A stretch of 61,901 nt of DNA, filler included, from Basidiobolus ranarum (lineage: Eukaryota): the NCBI GenBank assembly GCA_040143965.1. It is 6 parts of 6 records of this genome, joined end to end, with 100 filler letters (N's around TTAATTAATTAA, not from the genome) between each part and the next. Parts side by side here need not be neighbours in the genome. Positions count along the whole stretch, not along the records: positions 1 to 10,265 come from JASJQH010000724.1; positions 10,366 to 20,622 come from JASJQH010000725.1; 4 more parts are not named here. The stretch is one strand, 5' to 3'. Below, one piece after another: positions 1-13,757 of the stretch. The first letter of the stretch is position 1; each line of letters begins with the position of its first letter. The notes under the pieces are model-generated. The model was not told the DNA's origin. It searched no databases and saw nothing but the letters and a program-made list of their open reading frames with translations. The position numbers were made by a program, and so were the translations under genes.

Positions 1-2100
1 TGTATATATTCAAGTGGAATTTTGAAAAGATTTCTGCCTGATAAGTATTGGCAACATTGGGAGTTGTTTGGAGTATGAAGGAAAAACATAGTGCAAATAT
101 GCAGAAGTTTTCTTCAGAAGAACATTCAACTGGACATTCAGCCCAGTGCTGACCATGCAGATATCTGGGATGCACTTGATACAGAGTGGCACAATATTGC
201 AAAGTATCTGCCAGCTAGCTGGAAGAATGTTGATTCAGCAATATAGATACAATGGTGGACTTTGATGAAGATATTGATACAAATCTGTGTTGGAAAGGAG
301 CTAAACCCTGGGTATGAAGAACTCTATAAAAATATTCCAGAGAATATATCAGCAAAACTAGAGATTTTGAAGATGAAAATTAGCATTCTTGTGGTAAATA
401 TGTAACATTTGAGTTACATTCTTTGCACATGTTTTGATTTATAGTTTTCTGAGATTGTAGCCAATCATCTGCAACTATTTTGCAAGATCTTAAATTTAAC
501 TTCTGAAACTAAAAAAATCAATTAAACTAAATGTTACTTGTCAATTATCTGATGGTGAGTAAACGGTCAATCAAAAATTGGTTAAAATTGTGCTGGTTTC
601 CTAGCAATAACAATCCTCATATTTCTGTTAGAGGCATTGAACATTTGCGCACAATAGTCAATCACTGAATTAGGTAAATATCATTCTTATTTAGCATATA
701 TACTATTAACACCTTGTCTTAAATCATCAATGAAATCACCTGATACAGATCATTGATCCAATATTAAAGTACTCACCATAAAGCCAATGGTAATACCAAT
801 ATATTTGATGGATACCACTACAAGAGGCTGAAAAAAGTAGGTTGCTTTGAGAACACAGATGGTCATGCATTTGCATTGGCTCTGGATGGCTTCTCACTAT
901 TGCACCTTCCTTAATGCTTTCTACATATTATTTTGCTTACATCTTGAAAAAACTATAAATATCAACTCTCTACTCAATATATCAATAAATGAAGATCACC
1001 AATTACTCTATCTTTTTAAACCACTTTCCGTAGGCTCCCAAATACTTCCACAAGCTTCTTTAAGGGATTAATTGTGGAATTTGAAAGGCTGTCCAATGGG
1101 GTTCAGTTGGGTAAGTAAAGTTTCAAAGCTAATATCTTCATATGAATTGGTGACACACCTGAAATTAGTAAGCTTAGAGGCTTTTGCATGTGTAATGCAC
1201 TATCTTGCCATAAATTCTGTCAGATAAATGGAGTTTCATGTACTAAGCATATGAATAACTACTATCTAAGTGCAACACTAAACTCAATGATTCTACCACC
1301 AAGAGCCCAGTCAAATTTTAACAAGCTCACTGATATCAATTCACTCCATAGTCAGTATAAAATCAAACTTGGGATTAGCCATACACCCAAGATTTTATTG
1401 TTAAAGAGGATCAGCTGGAGCAAGCACTTCCCACAAGGCACTATGAAGTTACTATTCAGCAACATTCCAATACTATGCACTCAGGTATATAACAGAATAT
1501 TCAATCTGAATGAGCCATAAAAGATAGGATCAAAGTTTAAATCAATAGAGAAAATACTGCAAACATCAATATATCATTATATTCTACTAAGACTCCTATC
1601 AATATCTGATCATCTAGGTGTTCATATAAAATGCAAATACTGGAAGTATGGGACTTATATATTTGAGTGGAATATTGAAAAGATTTCTGTATGATAAGTA
1701 CTGGCAATATTGGGAGTTGTTTGGGGATAGTGCTAATATATTCTTGTGCATCAACTCAGCTTGGCAGATCTCAGGCAGATACAGCATCTATGTGAAGAAT
1801 TTGTAATTGGAAATGAAAAATGTATTATGGGTTAAAAGAAGACAGACTGAACCTATGCTTTGTATCATAAATTGAATGCTTAAGTAAAAAGGGTATTACA
1901 CTCTGAGGAAAATTAATCTCAAGTAACAAAAGATATGCTGATAAAAATGCTGTAGAACATAGTTTCTAATGATGAATCTCACCAGAGACTTATTGGTATG
2001 AACAAATCAATCATATCACGAAGGTTTACTAGATAGCGGGCAGCCTATACAAGAAGCCAGCACTGTTTAGCCACATGCAAATAAAGTAATATTCATAGTT
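1..2100 (+). mobile_element. Decayed CACTA/EnSpm-like (Tnp2/Transposase_21-type) DNA transposon relic; boundaries approximate
   Basis: Broken frames retain LALALDGFS (~871-897), CHKFCQINGV and FPQGTMKLLFSN (resembling FPxDxMHLxFxN). Bases ~72-640 match the reverse complement of ~50810-51365 and partly ~9545-9785. CpG is nearly absent. Confidence 0.6.
3..70 (+). repeat. ~70-bp imperfect direct repeat with a second copy at ~1656-1724; suggests two tandem or rearranged transposon copies
   Basis: tatatattcaagtggaattttgaaaagatttctgcctgataagtattggcaacattgggagttgtttgg vs tatatatttgagtggaatattgaaaagatttctgtatgataagtactggcaatattgggagttgtttgg. Confidence 0.85.
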
Positions 2101-3799
2101 TTAAAGTTATGAACAGAATAAATGTTGCAGTATTGAGTCTTGTATTCCGAACTAACCGCTGGGTAAATTATGAGTGATTGCGCATAAATATCGAGTACAC
2201 ATAAATAATCTAGCTAATCGTACTACAAACTAGCATACCACTACCCTCTCCAGCTGACACTCGATACAGCAATAATGATGGAGATCCATCCGTAGATTAT
2301 AGACCTAATACCACGAAGACCAATCCAACAAAATGCAGGACAATACATCTAGACAGAGTTGGCATTATTCAAACGTGATGTTTAAATTATTAAAAGGATT
2401 CACTACCGCCGTACTTTGGTTCGGTTTTGTAATTGGTACTTCCCACATTAATTACTGAGAATTATCTACCAATATGTAGGTAAAATACGATGGTGTAGAC
2501 AGAATTCTTGCATCCAAAACAGAATCTACAGTACGGAGAACGTCGCATAGTTGCGGTCACTGAGATGCCCTCTATACAGGTTTCACAGAGCATAATGACG
2601 CACATCTATAGTTCTCAGAGCTCAAATACATGCCTCTTGCAATATGTTTAATCATTTTTAGTTGACGAGTAAACAGCTTTCTCTACCAAAAACCATAACC
2701 ATCATACGCTTGAGCCCATGGAGTGGACTCCAAGTACTATAGAGCATGATTGGTTGTTGGGAGTTCGGGTAAAGCAGAATTCTTATGTTGTTGGACTCGC
2801 TATACCAAAGTAGATTATCAATGGAATAATAGAGAAAAAACAAACTTAGGTCGAAGCGTATCAACTCTCATGATTTCGTTCATAGTTTGCTTCAGACATC
2901 TAAAGAATCTAAAACCTGTATACCTTCATTTACATCGTTACGCATAAGTACCAATCAGTAGCTTCAAGATGCAGCTGTAGTTGTACATATTGTTTCTCGC
3001 TCAATATTACGTATATCACTGGAAAGTGGGGAGGATATCGCACTTCATTTTGCACCTATAGATCGGCTTACTATCACCGACGATTCGTTGAATGGTATTC
3101 AAACCCCATAAGGGCAGTACATGAGCCAACTCCATGTCAATTATCAAGAAAATTTAGGAAATACTCATTGTTTCCTGGATTGGTTGACCTATGAAGTCTC
3201 TGAGCGTCACTTCAAAGCTCACATGAGCATCCGAATACTGTAACCAACAGTGTTTGTGTAATGGCCAAACAATGATCCAGGAAATGGAAATTCCAAGTAT
3301 GCATTAACGGGGACGAGTAAAACGGATTTCATATTGAGTCCTTCTGCTAACATTCCTTAAATGTACCGATAGCTCCGGCCTATCTAACCAGCAATCTATT
3401 CTCAACTTCTTTTTGGAATTTCGATGAAATTGATAGATATTAAGAATTGTGCTGTAAGTTGAATCCAAAGTAAGAACAACCTGCACTAATCCTGTGCTTG
3501 CTATTTTCATAATAGGTTAGTATGCAGCATACTTGACGCGCCATTAAAAACTCTACTTTGTGTACAGAGTGCATGATCCTCATATGGTGGTCTAGAACCA
3601 GAATACATCCCAATTAAAGTATGAAATTCATTATTCTGGGAACCTATCTGCTGATCTGGCTCGCTTTACCTTTCGACTCTTTGTTCGATCTCTGCGGCTT
3701 ACTAATACTGTCTCTTTAGCTACTTCATGCCTAAATAGCGAAGTAAGGAGGCGTGGAGAGAAAAACAATATGATTTATTTCTTTAGAAGAGGGAACTAT

Positions 3800-5050
3800 T
3801 TATACTTGAGAATGGGGTGGTGGTGGGGGAGATGTCATATTAGGATAGCCAAATGACTGTAGCATAAGACTCTGATTACTAGAAAAGTTATTCAATCCAG
3901 AGGGATTTAGAGGGTGATCGTGGGCTAGTAAGTTCATCATACTTGGCGTTGCTTGTTCAAATATATTAGCCCTTGACGTATTAGGTACTAAATATGGGCT
4001 CCTATTGAAAGAGGTAATATTCTCTGTAGATGAGGAAGGCCCAGTGACGGTAGTAGGTAAAATAAATCCGGTATCTGTTAGTCTTTGTGGATTAGCAGGC
4101 ATATGAGCATGAGAATGATAAGGCGACGAGATTGGACTTGATGGTAGTATAGTTAATGAAGGCGAGGGGTGCATTAGAGAAGTCAACTCGTCTTTCGAGC
4201 TTAAAGTGTCACTTGAACTTTGCAGCTTGACCATCTGTGACATAAGGGTATCTTGCGATATATGAATATCCGTATCAAGATGAGTATTGGGAATATTGGC
4301 TGTGCAATCCTGATTAACTACTATCATAGGGGGATTTACTGGCGATTCTAAATAAGGAGTGGAATTTTCACGTTTCAAACTCACATTTTCCAGCCTTAAG
4401 TCTTCAACCTCAGTTTGCAAATCTTTGATGTATTCAATTGCTAGTCTGAGAACATTTCCTCGAGCGTACTTTATTCCCTCTTCTTGTACATTTGGTACGA
4501 TCTCGGAAAGTTCCTCAATGGCCGTATTAATTAAGTCACGCCGCCTCCTCTCGACTCTGTTATGTTGCTCTCGACGTTTTTGAATTCGGTTCATGGCGAC
4601 CAAGCTATCTACTTCATCACGATTCAATATATTCACTCCATTAACAACGTAAGACTCCGAACGCTTACTATCTTTGTTTTTGAAAAGTTTCTCCGGAGTA
4701 AATTCTCGAATGGAGTCCTCAAATCGATATCCTTTCAAGCGTCGATTAGCCATATAACTAGTGAGTGAAGGTTTCTTATTGCTGGGCGGAGGATCTGAGG
4801 ACTGGTTTGAAGTGGAGCAAGTTGACGACCCTTCCATAGGGTTATGAATACCACTGCGATGTGGATTCATAGTTGGAGTGAGAGAGGCTCGAGAGGTGAC
4901 CGAAGGTGAATGCGGTAAAGAAGTACCCCCGGTCGATGGGGGGTTAGACCTCGGAAAAGGGTTCTGCTGTGACCTAGCCCGTGAGGGATTAGGCTTTTCC
5001 GAATAGTTACCCTGACGAAAAGAAGGAAGTTTCTCACTCTCTCTGTCCAT
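3800..5050 (-). CDS. bHLH-leucine zipper transcription factor (USF/MITF/Cbf1-like), intronless, 416 aa
   Basis: RREQHNRVERRRRDLINTAIEELSEIVP...RGNVLRLAIEYIKDLQ followed by heptad leucines; Ser/Pro-rich flanks. Confidence 0.9.
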   Translation of the reverse strand: MDRESEKLPSFRQGNYSEKPNPSRARSQQNPFPRSNPPSTGGTSLPHSPSVTSRASLTPTMNPHRSGIHNPMEGSSTCSTSNQSSDPPPSNKKPSLTSYMANRRLKGYRFEDSIREFTPEKLFKNKDSKRSESYVVNGVNILNRDEVDSLVAMNRIQKRREQHNRVERRRRDLINTAIEELSEIVPNVQEEGIKYARGNVLRLAIEYIKDLQTEVEDLRLENVSLKRENSTPYLESPVNPPMIVVNQDCTANIPNTHLDTDIHISQDTLMSQMVKLQSSSDTLSSKDELTSLMHPSPSLTILPSSPISSPYHSHAHMPANPQRLTDTGFILPTTVTGPSSSTENITSFNRSPYLVPNTSRANIFEQATPSMMNLLAHDHPLNPSGLNNFSSNQSLMLQSFGYPNMTSPPPPPHSQV

Positions 5051-8000
5051 TTAGCAAATACTAAGCGACCTCGAATTGGTACTTCAATTGGAGTATTGTT
5101 TAGGTATTATAACAAGGTGGTGTATTATTTCGTCTCGGCTACTACAGGCTATCCAAGTTTTACTAAAAGTACAGAAGGCTATTATTCTATGGATAAAAGA
5201 ATTTGTGGAAGGAGAGAGTGGGAAAGAAGCTGTAAGCTACGGGCTGGAGGGTAGTTATTAAGAATCAGGACTATGCAATGGAATACAAGATCTAAGCTAT
5301 AAGTCAAGATGTCACTATGAATTGTCTCAGGTATTAAGCGGAGAAATTCATATCACATCATTGGGCTTCAATTGGCCGAATATGTCACAAATATTAAATC
5401 CAGTAGTCAAACCGATATCTGAAAAGTTTGCGAAGTAAAGGTGATGCAAGAAGATCAACCAACAAGTCAATCGTTACTAAATTTTGTGACTAGTGTGGTT
5501 CATCATCTTATGCTGTACTCATGTTAAATTTCTTATCAGAAGTTCAAAAGTTATTTGGAGGTCTCGTCTCTACCTATCCTTCTATATTAGTCACCAGCGC
5601 CAGTTTAGGTATGGGACGGAATGCAAACACGACTACGCCGCACACAAACTGCTCACACCAAACAGGCACAATCAATGATACACACAAAAGCTACCTAATT
5701 TGTTGAAGCAGCTCTTTTTGTTTGATGATCACAAGATACCAATGAGGTTTGGCCCAGACCAAGAAATTAAGTTTAAATCGATTAAAGTTGACCACTGTTT
5801 CACTGGAGCTAGATCAGAATTATCAGTGCCCAAGTTGGAGTTACGATACGTACAAGATACATGGGTTGACCACATATATTCAAATAGATTGTCACTTGAA
5901 ATAATCTTTTGCAAGTTGCTTAAAAAGATGCGAAATTGTAACAGGATTCTGTCTCGATTTTCTAAAAAGAAAATTGCTTCTAGGGATTATTGACTCTGCA
6001 TCTCGAGTATCTGTTTTGGATGCTTTTGATGATGCAACAATATGAGTGATTTGGGCCAGTCTCATTTATTTCACGTTATTTCTTACGAGAAAGAAGTGGC
6101 ACAAAGCTTGGCAAGCTCTACTCATAATTCTTGTGTTCACTCTTTGTCCTTAGCGCTTACTGATTTACCGTGTGAAATATACTGTACTTCTCTGCATTGT
6201 ATTCTCAGATTGATTCCAATCGAAGATTCGTTCAGACGCGAGACTTTAAGGGGTGCCCAGTCAAGCTTTATGATGTCAATTGATCGCCATCATACCAAAG
6301 AACTCATTTCCTATATCCGACCGCGCTTACCATGAAAAGTAACTTCATAAGTGGAAAGCCATTTACGGAGTCATAGGTATACCTCATTACTACAGGAATA
6401 CAAATTGATCCAAATATAGTAAGCACTCTGTTGTGGACGCGGGTGTTGTGTGTGGAATAGCCATCTTCTATGGCATCGCATTGCGCAAATTTCGACACCC
6501 AAGTTTCTTGGCATGTTAATGTTTTCCAATCCATCTGCTAAATATACCTGCCTATTCAACACAACTGCACCTTATAGAGTTATTCATGAAGAGTACTTTT
6601 AGTCTCCTCATATATTTTTTTTGGCAATACTTCTCATGGTCACCTCAAAGCCCATTGCTAATGATAATATCACTAGTTACATGTGCATTGTGAATGATCA
6701 AGAGGTTTCGTAAATCAAATGTTATTATAATCCGGGGAATCCCAGGAAGTGCAATCGTCCCCGGAAAATCCCATTATGCACCTATATGACGGAGGAGCTA
6801 TATATTTATGACACTAATATTCCGCAAAAGTAGCTCATTTTGTACTTCAACGCTTAAATCTACGATTCAGGCCACGCTAACTACCAATCTTATTATTAAC
6901 TTCAGATGGGTCAAGATAATCTCGTATTTTTTGATAAATATCAGTTAATGTTTTGAAAGTGCTTAGCTACACAAGCAAATAAAATCCATGGCGGGTATCG
7001 CATGATTGCAGTGAGCGGTCTCATTGGCTACAAATAGTATACATGGAAGATTCAGATAATTTCCGATTCAATTGGTAGTTCCAACTAATAATGTCCTAAA
7101 ATGGATGTGACAGCAATTAGTACGAATCCCCCTTTATTCCATAAAAGGCGATGAAATGTAATTTCTGTTTAATAGCGATTCTTGAATTGGGCGGTAACTC
7201 TCAAGACTTTTATGGAAGCTCCTCTTATCTGCTAGAACTAACTACGAATGTAACACCATTTTCACCCGTCGATGCTTACTAAGGCTCAGGCGACTCTTGC
7301 ATTGAAAACACCCTGATTTCACTCTGAATGCGTCTTACCATATATGGCCCTACTCGGTTAGAAAGAATCCACCAATATCTCTGAGCCAAATCACGGGGGA
7401 ACTGATGTGCTCCTCCAGATAGATTCGGCCCAATAGCAAACCAGCTGTAGCCTCGAATTTAGTCAGATTATTTGGGTTGAATCGGGTTCGTCGATATCCA
7501 ATTTGGCGACTCTTGATTTTCAATCGCTTTTGAAAACTTTATTGGCGTGCATAACAACCTTGCGTGTTGTCATCTAAGATTGATGAAATAAATGGATTGC
7601 ATAGAAAGCCCTAAATATCATGATACATGAATCAACTTCAATGGTGCTTGGATACTAAATGTGGGCACAGAATGTTCCATTTTCCTTGAAAGGTCTATTC
7701 GAACCATTTAATAGGGTACAATAATACCCTTTACAAATTGGCCCACTGACCATACCTAGAGTGAATCAATTGGCTAAACGTTTTCGATGTAGTATACTTT
7801 GCGAATATTACTATCGTCTAATATACAGTAACAGTGAGGCATGGACTCCTTGTGTTTGTAATTATGGTTCAGAGACATGTTTCTATATCGAACACTAGCA
7901 GATTTATTGGTATTGTTCATGTTGCTTGAAGCGAGACAAGTTTGGGAGCCATACCTGATACTAACCCTGATCTTTATTAGGTCGCAACATGTACTTTATA

Positions 8001-8179
8001 GATGGTTACTATAACATCCACTGACACAGAGAATGGTAAAATGGCAGCGATTGCTAACTGGTGTATGTTACAATATATATGTCCTTTCAACAAGCATCGA
8101 AAGATTTAGTAGCTTCACTCCTGATTACTGATAGCAGATATTTCTGTGAATACCATTCTCCCCATAATCTTTAAGCATG

Positions 8180-9785
8180 CTATTCCAAAACTTGTCCTGT
8201 TCTCTACGTAGACATTGGGTCAAACTCTTACTTATAAAGAAGTTCCAAGTTTTCACTTGCGATACTGCTTCCCTGGCTCCTAATCATACTGCCATGGTAA
8301 ATTGGGAGATCTTTATTGCTATTAGCTACCGTCACTTGGGCTGTAGTTGCATCAACAACATAAGCATGCTGTTGGTCACAAATGCTTCCTGATCAGATAG
8401 TTTTGCTTGAGGTGTTGAGCCATTGTGGACTCAGGAGTTGGATTTGAATGCAATCTGAACAGAAGATATCAGCATGGTAGTTCATAACCATTATGTGTCT
8501 TGCAAAATAATAAAGGTTTAATACATCATAGAACATAAGTTTTTTTGTCAGTAAAAATTCCTCTACTAGCATTTTTAGTGAGCTAACTTTTAGGTAGGCT
8601 CAATATATATCACTAATATCAATGTGCACTAACCATTGTAATATAGCATAAATCCCCATCCAGTTGATTGCAAACACCAGTTGAAATTAATCAGAGTCAT
8701 TCACAAGCATCCCACATTTTCATGAATGAAAGTCCTATTCTTTTACAGTCTAGAGAGCATTTCCTTTTGCACAACAGTAGCAAAAATGTAGGAAACAGAC
8801 ACAGCTTTCCGGTGATGGTGCAAATAGGGCTTATAAAGTGCAGATAATCTTAACATTGGTGCCAACCATCCTTTTAGCAGATCTATTCTTATGAGCGCAA
8901 TACTTCTTAACCTGCTGACCACTGGACAAAAGCCTATAGAAGTTGTTCTAGTATAAGTGGCAGAGTTCATAGAGCAACACATTGTACATAAATTACTCTG
9001 ACAGAGGTACTGTAAATATTTATTGATCCATCAAAGTTATTTCTCATATAGCTCCTTGATAGCCATGTTTTGATAATAGCAACTACAAAATAGATCTATG
9101 GCAGAGATGCTTACTAACTGTCCATAAATGCAAGAAGACTGTGGGTATTGGGGTGATTCATTTCGAAAGCCTGTGAAAATATTAACGCAATTTCAATACC
9201 CAATGAACACCATCACACAGAGGCCATCAATGTTCAATATTACACTGGTTGCCAATTTTGCTATTACATTTGTAGCTTGGTCAGGTTATGGTGTGACTAA
9301 TAATATGCAACAGCAAAAGGATTTTGTCATATTCATAATCTCTAAGGAAATGGCATTAAATATACTAAGGGCCTTTAAACAAATAAAATCAAGTAAGATC
9401 CACATATGAAAGTTAACACAGAAATGACAAGGATTGGATCCTATAGATACCAAAGGAATATTACTGAGGTACCTTACCATTGACAGCAAAATGAACATAG
9501 TTGCTTTTGCATGAATTAACCAATAGTTTTCTGATTTGTTCCCCCTAACAGAAATTTGAGGATTGTTATTGTATGCAAACCATCACAATTTTAATCCATT
9601 TTTGATTGACTGTTTACTTACCATCATAATATCATCAAGTTAGATTTAATTTTGATCAATTTTTTCAGTTTCAGAAGTGAAGCTTTAAGATCTTGCAAAA
9701 TAGTTGCACATGATTAGCTAAAATATCAGAGAACTGTGGACTAACACATGTGTAAAAAACATAACTCAAATTTTATCATATTCAC
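8180..9785 (-). mobile_element. Decayed CACTA-like transposon relic related to 1-2100; boundaries approximate
   Basis: 9545-9785 resembles the reverse complement of ~400-630 and the direct copy at 50805-51035; CpG-depleted with broken ORFs. Confidence 0.55.
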
Positions 9786-9789
9786 AGTC

Positions 9790-10265
9790 CTGAATAGCCT
9801 GCCACACAAGTTTCAGGGCCTAGTCATGACTCTAGAATCAAGAACTGAAAAATTTACCATAAATTATGTATTTGGTAGACTTCTGGATGAAGATTGATGC
9901 AAATCAGGATCCAACCAAAAGAATGAAGCAAATGCTTTAATAGGTGATGGGACACCTTCCTATAAAGACCCAAAGCACTTTAAGAAGAAGAGTAACACAT
10001 TCTGTGATTATGGTAAAAGAACTGGCCATTTAAGCAAAGATTGCTTTAAAAGAATTGCTAAAGAAAAAAAATGTACTGAATCTGGAAATATGGTCACAGC
10101 AGAAGATCACTTGTTCATATCTGCTCTATCTATGATTACCAACAAGGATTCTCAGACATGGTATATTGATTCTGGAGCTTCCCAACATTTCCCAAATGAA
10201 AAACATTGGTTTGTGGATTGTAAAGAAATCCCAATTAGAAAGGTTTTCATGGGAGATGACTGCAC
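9790..10265 (+). mobile_element. Ty1/copia gag-protease fragment, decayed, cut by contig end
   Basis: LPHKFQGLVMTLESRTEK (gag), degenerate zinc knuckle CDYGKRTGHLSKDC, protease motif WYIDSGASQH. Confidence 0.85.
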
Positions 10266-10365
10266 NNNNNNNNNNNNNNNNNNNNNNNNNNNNNNNNNNN
10301 NNNNNNNNNTTAATTAATTAANNNNNNNNNNNNNNNNNNNNNNNNNNNNNNNNNNNNNNNNNNNN
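10266..10365. other. Artificial contig linker
   Basis: N44-TTAATTAATTAA-N44, with stop codons in all six frames. Confidence 0.99.
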
Positions 10366-13030
10366 CTATACTCCACATGACAATATCCACAGATTGTGTG
10401 AATATTCTCCATATCCAATATATCGTATTTATCGCAATAGTAAAGCTCATTTAAGGCAGGTTTGACCACATTAAAATTGTACTTCTTGGAAGTCTCTCTG
10501 GCATTTGCAAAGAATCTGATTGTGAGCTGTTGCGATCGTTTGTCAACTCGAGTAACCTCACACACTCTGTAGAGGGGTTCTCCACTGCTCGGTTGTACCA
10601 ATAAAGTATCTCCAATTTTGTATTGTTCGATGTTGTAAAACTCTGATTTCGATAAAGTCGAGTTAGAATAAGCTGCACAGCCGCATACTAAAACTTGCTC
10701 CGAATTGGATATTTCTTCCGGATCAAGCGACCAAAAACAACCGTTCGAATGATCATAAAAAGACCTACAAAAATATACGTGCGGAAAGTCTTATAATTTC
10801 TCTTATTTTAATAGGGTAGAGAGTAAAACAAGTGAAGCAAAGCACATTACCTGGACATGTATCCTTATGAAAATGCACTTCGCATTTACGCTTGATACAG
10901 TTAATTGGCTGATAGTCATCACATTGGCAAAATGTGGTATAAAATAACTACATGAAAGACTTAATGTAAGCATAGATCACATTGACGCCATGGGTAAACT
11001 TGTACCTCTTTAGGATCATAGTTCTCTACATCCCCAATGACAGTCTGACAAGGAGCATGAAGCCAAACCATCCGAAAGCTTCCATTCTTTGCATCTTTGA
11101 TGAGCTGGGTTACTTGAGCTATCCAGCGGCCACCTGCAGATTCCCAATTGGTGGACTGGTCACGGTATAACTCCACTACATCTCCCACCTTGATAGAGAA
11201 CCCACCATACACAATTTCATTGTAGATTCCCTCTTCAATCAAGATCGGCTCCCTCCACTCAACCACCGAGGGTACAAAATCTACGTCAAATCCGGTGATC
11301 TGACCCGCACTGGTATCCGCAGAAACAACGATAGGATCTGATTGTGAGTCAGCTAGATTGAATAGATAATGTTAATGAGGTAGAAAAATACTCTATATTT
11401 AGTGAGGTACCTACGATGAAGGCTGATCTTATGCATATGACGCCCAAACAAGTTCCTAAACCAAACCATGGCTTTTGGTGTAACTGATGTATATTCCAGC
11501 CACTGTGCATAGCCAACCATTAGTATATAAAGGTACGTCTAGACAGGTGAGAACAAGCAATACCTTCAATTTCGTCGAGATACGATGAAGTTCTTTTTTC
11601 ACAATGCAAGAGTCTATTATTCATATGAAGTGTGACATTAGTTATGATATTTGGCAAGACAGAAAATTCCTTACGCACCACTAAAGAACGGCAATTGTGC
11701 AAAGTCCTCACCTAAAGAAAGCACCTAACAGTGAAAAGGTGAGTATTTACTCTGAGTTATGATGATTATTAGGCACTCAAGTACTTGAGACCACAGGAAG
11801 TTGCTATTAGCAGCTACAACAAAATCCATATCCTCTTCGGGATTGGTGCTTGTTAATTTATGTAGATTGGTCGAACTAATCGGAAGTAGCAATCTTACTT
11901 TCTCGTATTTTGGATGCCCACTCTCTAAAGCTTACTAAACTTAAAAAATTAAAATCGAAAGCCAATAAAGCGTAGATAACTTTGGAATCATCACCATCCT
12001 GCCTGTAAGTTCTGTGTATCCATTTATAAAAAACGTCTAAAATATCCCACATCAATATGATTGACCAACAAGGGCAAACAGTTTAAAGCACTTGAGTAGA
12101 CCTTTGATATCACTGAAGGGCCTTTCTGGCTCCACCTGTACGAAATCGCTAAAATACACCTTGAGTATACATTCATGATCGATTAACAAAAAGGTACCTT
12201 ACATGATGTATTTTATAAACTGAGTTTTCCAGAAGAATTTCTCCCAAGATTTAATGTACCGTTTTGCAGGGTTTTTCAACAAGTACCAAGTATCGTCCTG
12301 TACAGTAGATTGTATCCATATCAGCGGTTTTTGAGTACTAGTTCCATAGCCCCCAATGGAGAATGCGACAAAATTTCCCTACGTTGCAGAACTTAGTTAG
12401 ACATGAATCTAATTCCACTAGATTACGGGGCAAGTTTACCATTTTACACCTAGCCGATGGCACAGAGGAGTCGGGAACTGAAAAGATACCATCAAAGTAA
12501 ATATCACAATCTATATCTTCAGCCAATTCAACTGGTTCGCCTCTAGTATTGTAGAAAACAAAATTGTCCAGATATAATTCATAATATTTTTCTTGACTTC
12601 CTTCCTCTGTACTTGCACCTATATATTTTGTCTTTTCATTTTCACCAATATAACGTTCAAAAATTGATAAATAAGGTGACAGAAACTGGACATTCATAAG
12701 ACATACCAGCAACTGAATGATTCCTGTTTCGTCTCCATCAACTACAGCCTTATTACTTTTATCAAACTTTGGAATAACTACCAACACTGAATCCTCAAAA
12801 GTTCTTCTCCTTTTAACGGGTATCTCCACTATGATTTGTCTCTTCAAGGTGGTGGTGGTACTACGTGTATTAGAAATGCTAAAAAATTGACTAGCAGTCC
12901 CATTCACAAATACTTCGTTGGGGCCTTTTTGGATTAAGACTGAAACTTTCTTCTGTTCTTGAGTGAAATTTAACTTTCTCGTTATGGTCCATTTTTTCTT
13001 TACTGAAAGCTTTCTCTTTAATCTCCTCAT
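10366..13030 (-). CDS. DIM-2/DNMT1-family cytosine methyltransferase, N-terminal part (RFTS + BAH1 + BAH2), multi-exon; catalytic domain lies beyond the contig end
   Basis: Spliced exon ~12203-12378 reads GNFVAFSIGGYGTSTQKPLIWIQSTVQDDTWYLLKNPAKRYIKSWEKFFWK (DNMT1-RFD signature). Also SVTPKAMVWFRNLFG, BAH1 IKVGDVVEL...WIAQV...WLHAPCQTVIG...DPKE, and BAH2 YKIGDTLLV...NELYY. GT-AG introns. Confidence 0.85.
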
Positions 13031-13591
13031 GGAATAATGTGGTTTTTAGTGGTTGGTTTATAGATATTATCGACTGCCTACTTTTATAGAACTACGCAAT
13101 AAATGTTAAATATTATTAGTTGAGCTAATATACAAATGACAGTCACTTGATCTGGTTTCGTAGCTTATAATCTTTGTCTTAAGAGCAGCATAACCTTGAA
13201 AAACGGATTAATCTGGCTAAACTTGATAGCAACAAGCGGATGATGTCGAATACGCAGTTTGATTGGGCTATGTAGTTGTCTCAACCAACGTAAGTTCAAA
13301 GCCAAATTGCTTAAACCTGAATTGTCATTTCAAAGAATAACTGAGTATAAGTTTAAACTAGAACTTACGTGAACTTGGTAATTGTCAGATGGAGTGACGA
13401 CATCTCCAACATATAGTCTAAAGTTTTAGTGATGGCAAGAGAGATAGCCGTCAATGATTGTCTCTGGAGGAAATGAGGTTGCTGACGGCAATAAAACTAT
13501 GAACGATGCAAATTCATCATCCATAAATGAATTATATATGGTCCACTCAGAGTTCTGCTTGAATTGGAGTAGAGAGTATGTCTCTTCAAAG

Positions 13592-13757
13592 ATCTGATAA
13601 TCTGAACTTGACTATGTTTGAAGTAGCAATTAATATATTCTGAAGAAATGCTAATCGTTAAATAGCTATATTACTACCTTACTAATCAACCACCAATCAT
13701 AATCACCCCTATTTATCTGATTTTCCATGAGAAGTTATCAGATCCCGCTTATCAGAT
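13592..13757. promoter_or_regulatory. Cluster of four extended GATA boxes (ATCWGATAA), the SreA-type iron-repression motif
   Basis: ATCTGATAA 13592-13600 (+); TTATCTGAT 13713-13721, TTATCAGAT 13735-13743 and TTATCAGAT 13749-13757 (all on -); CCAAT at 13693; upstream of a siderophore synthetase. Confidence 0.75.

Noticed and set aside
5051-8170. Short ORFs upstream of the bHLH gene, and those in 44500-47200 and 58000-61400
   Set aside because: No domains, splice patterns or coding bias; more consistent with long regulatory or intergenic DNA.
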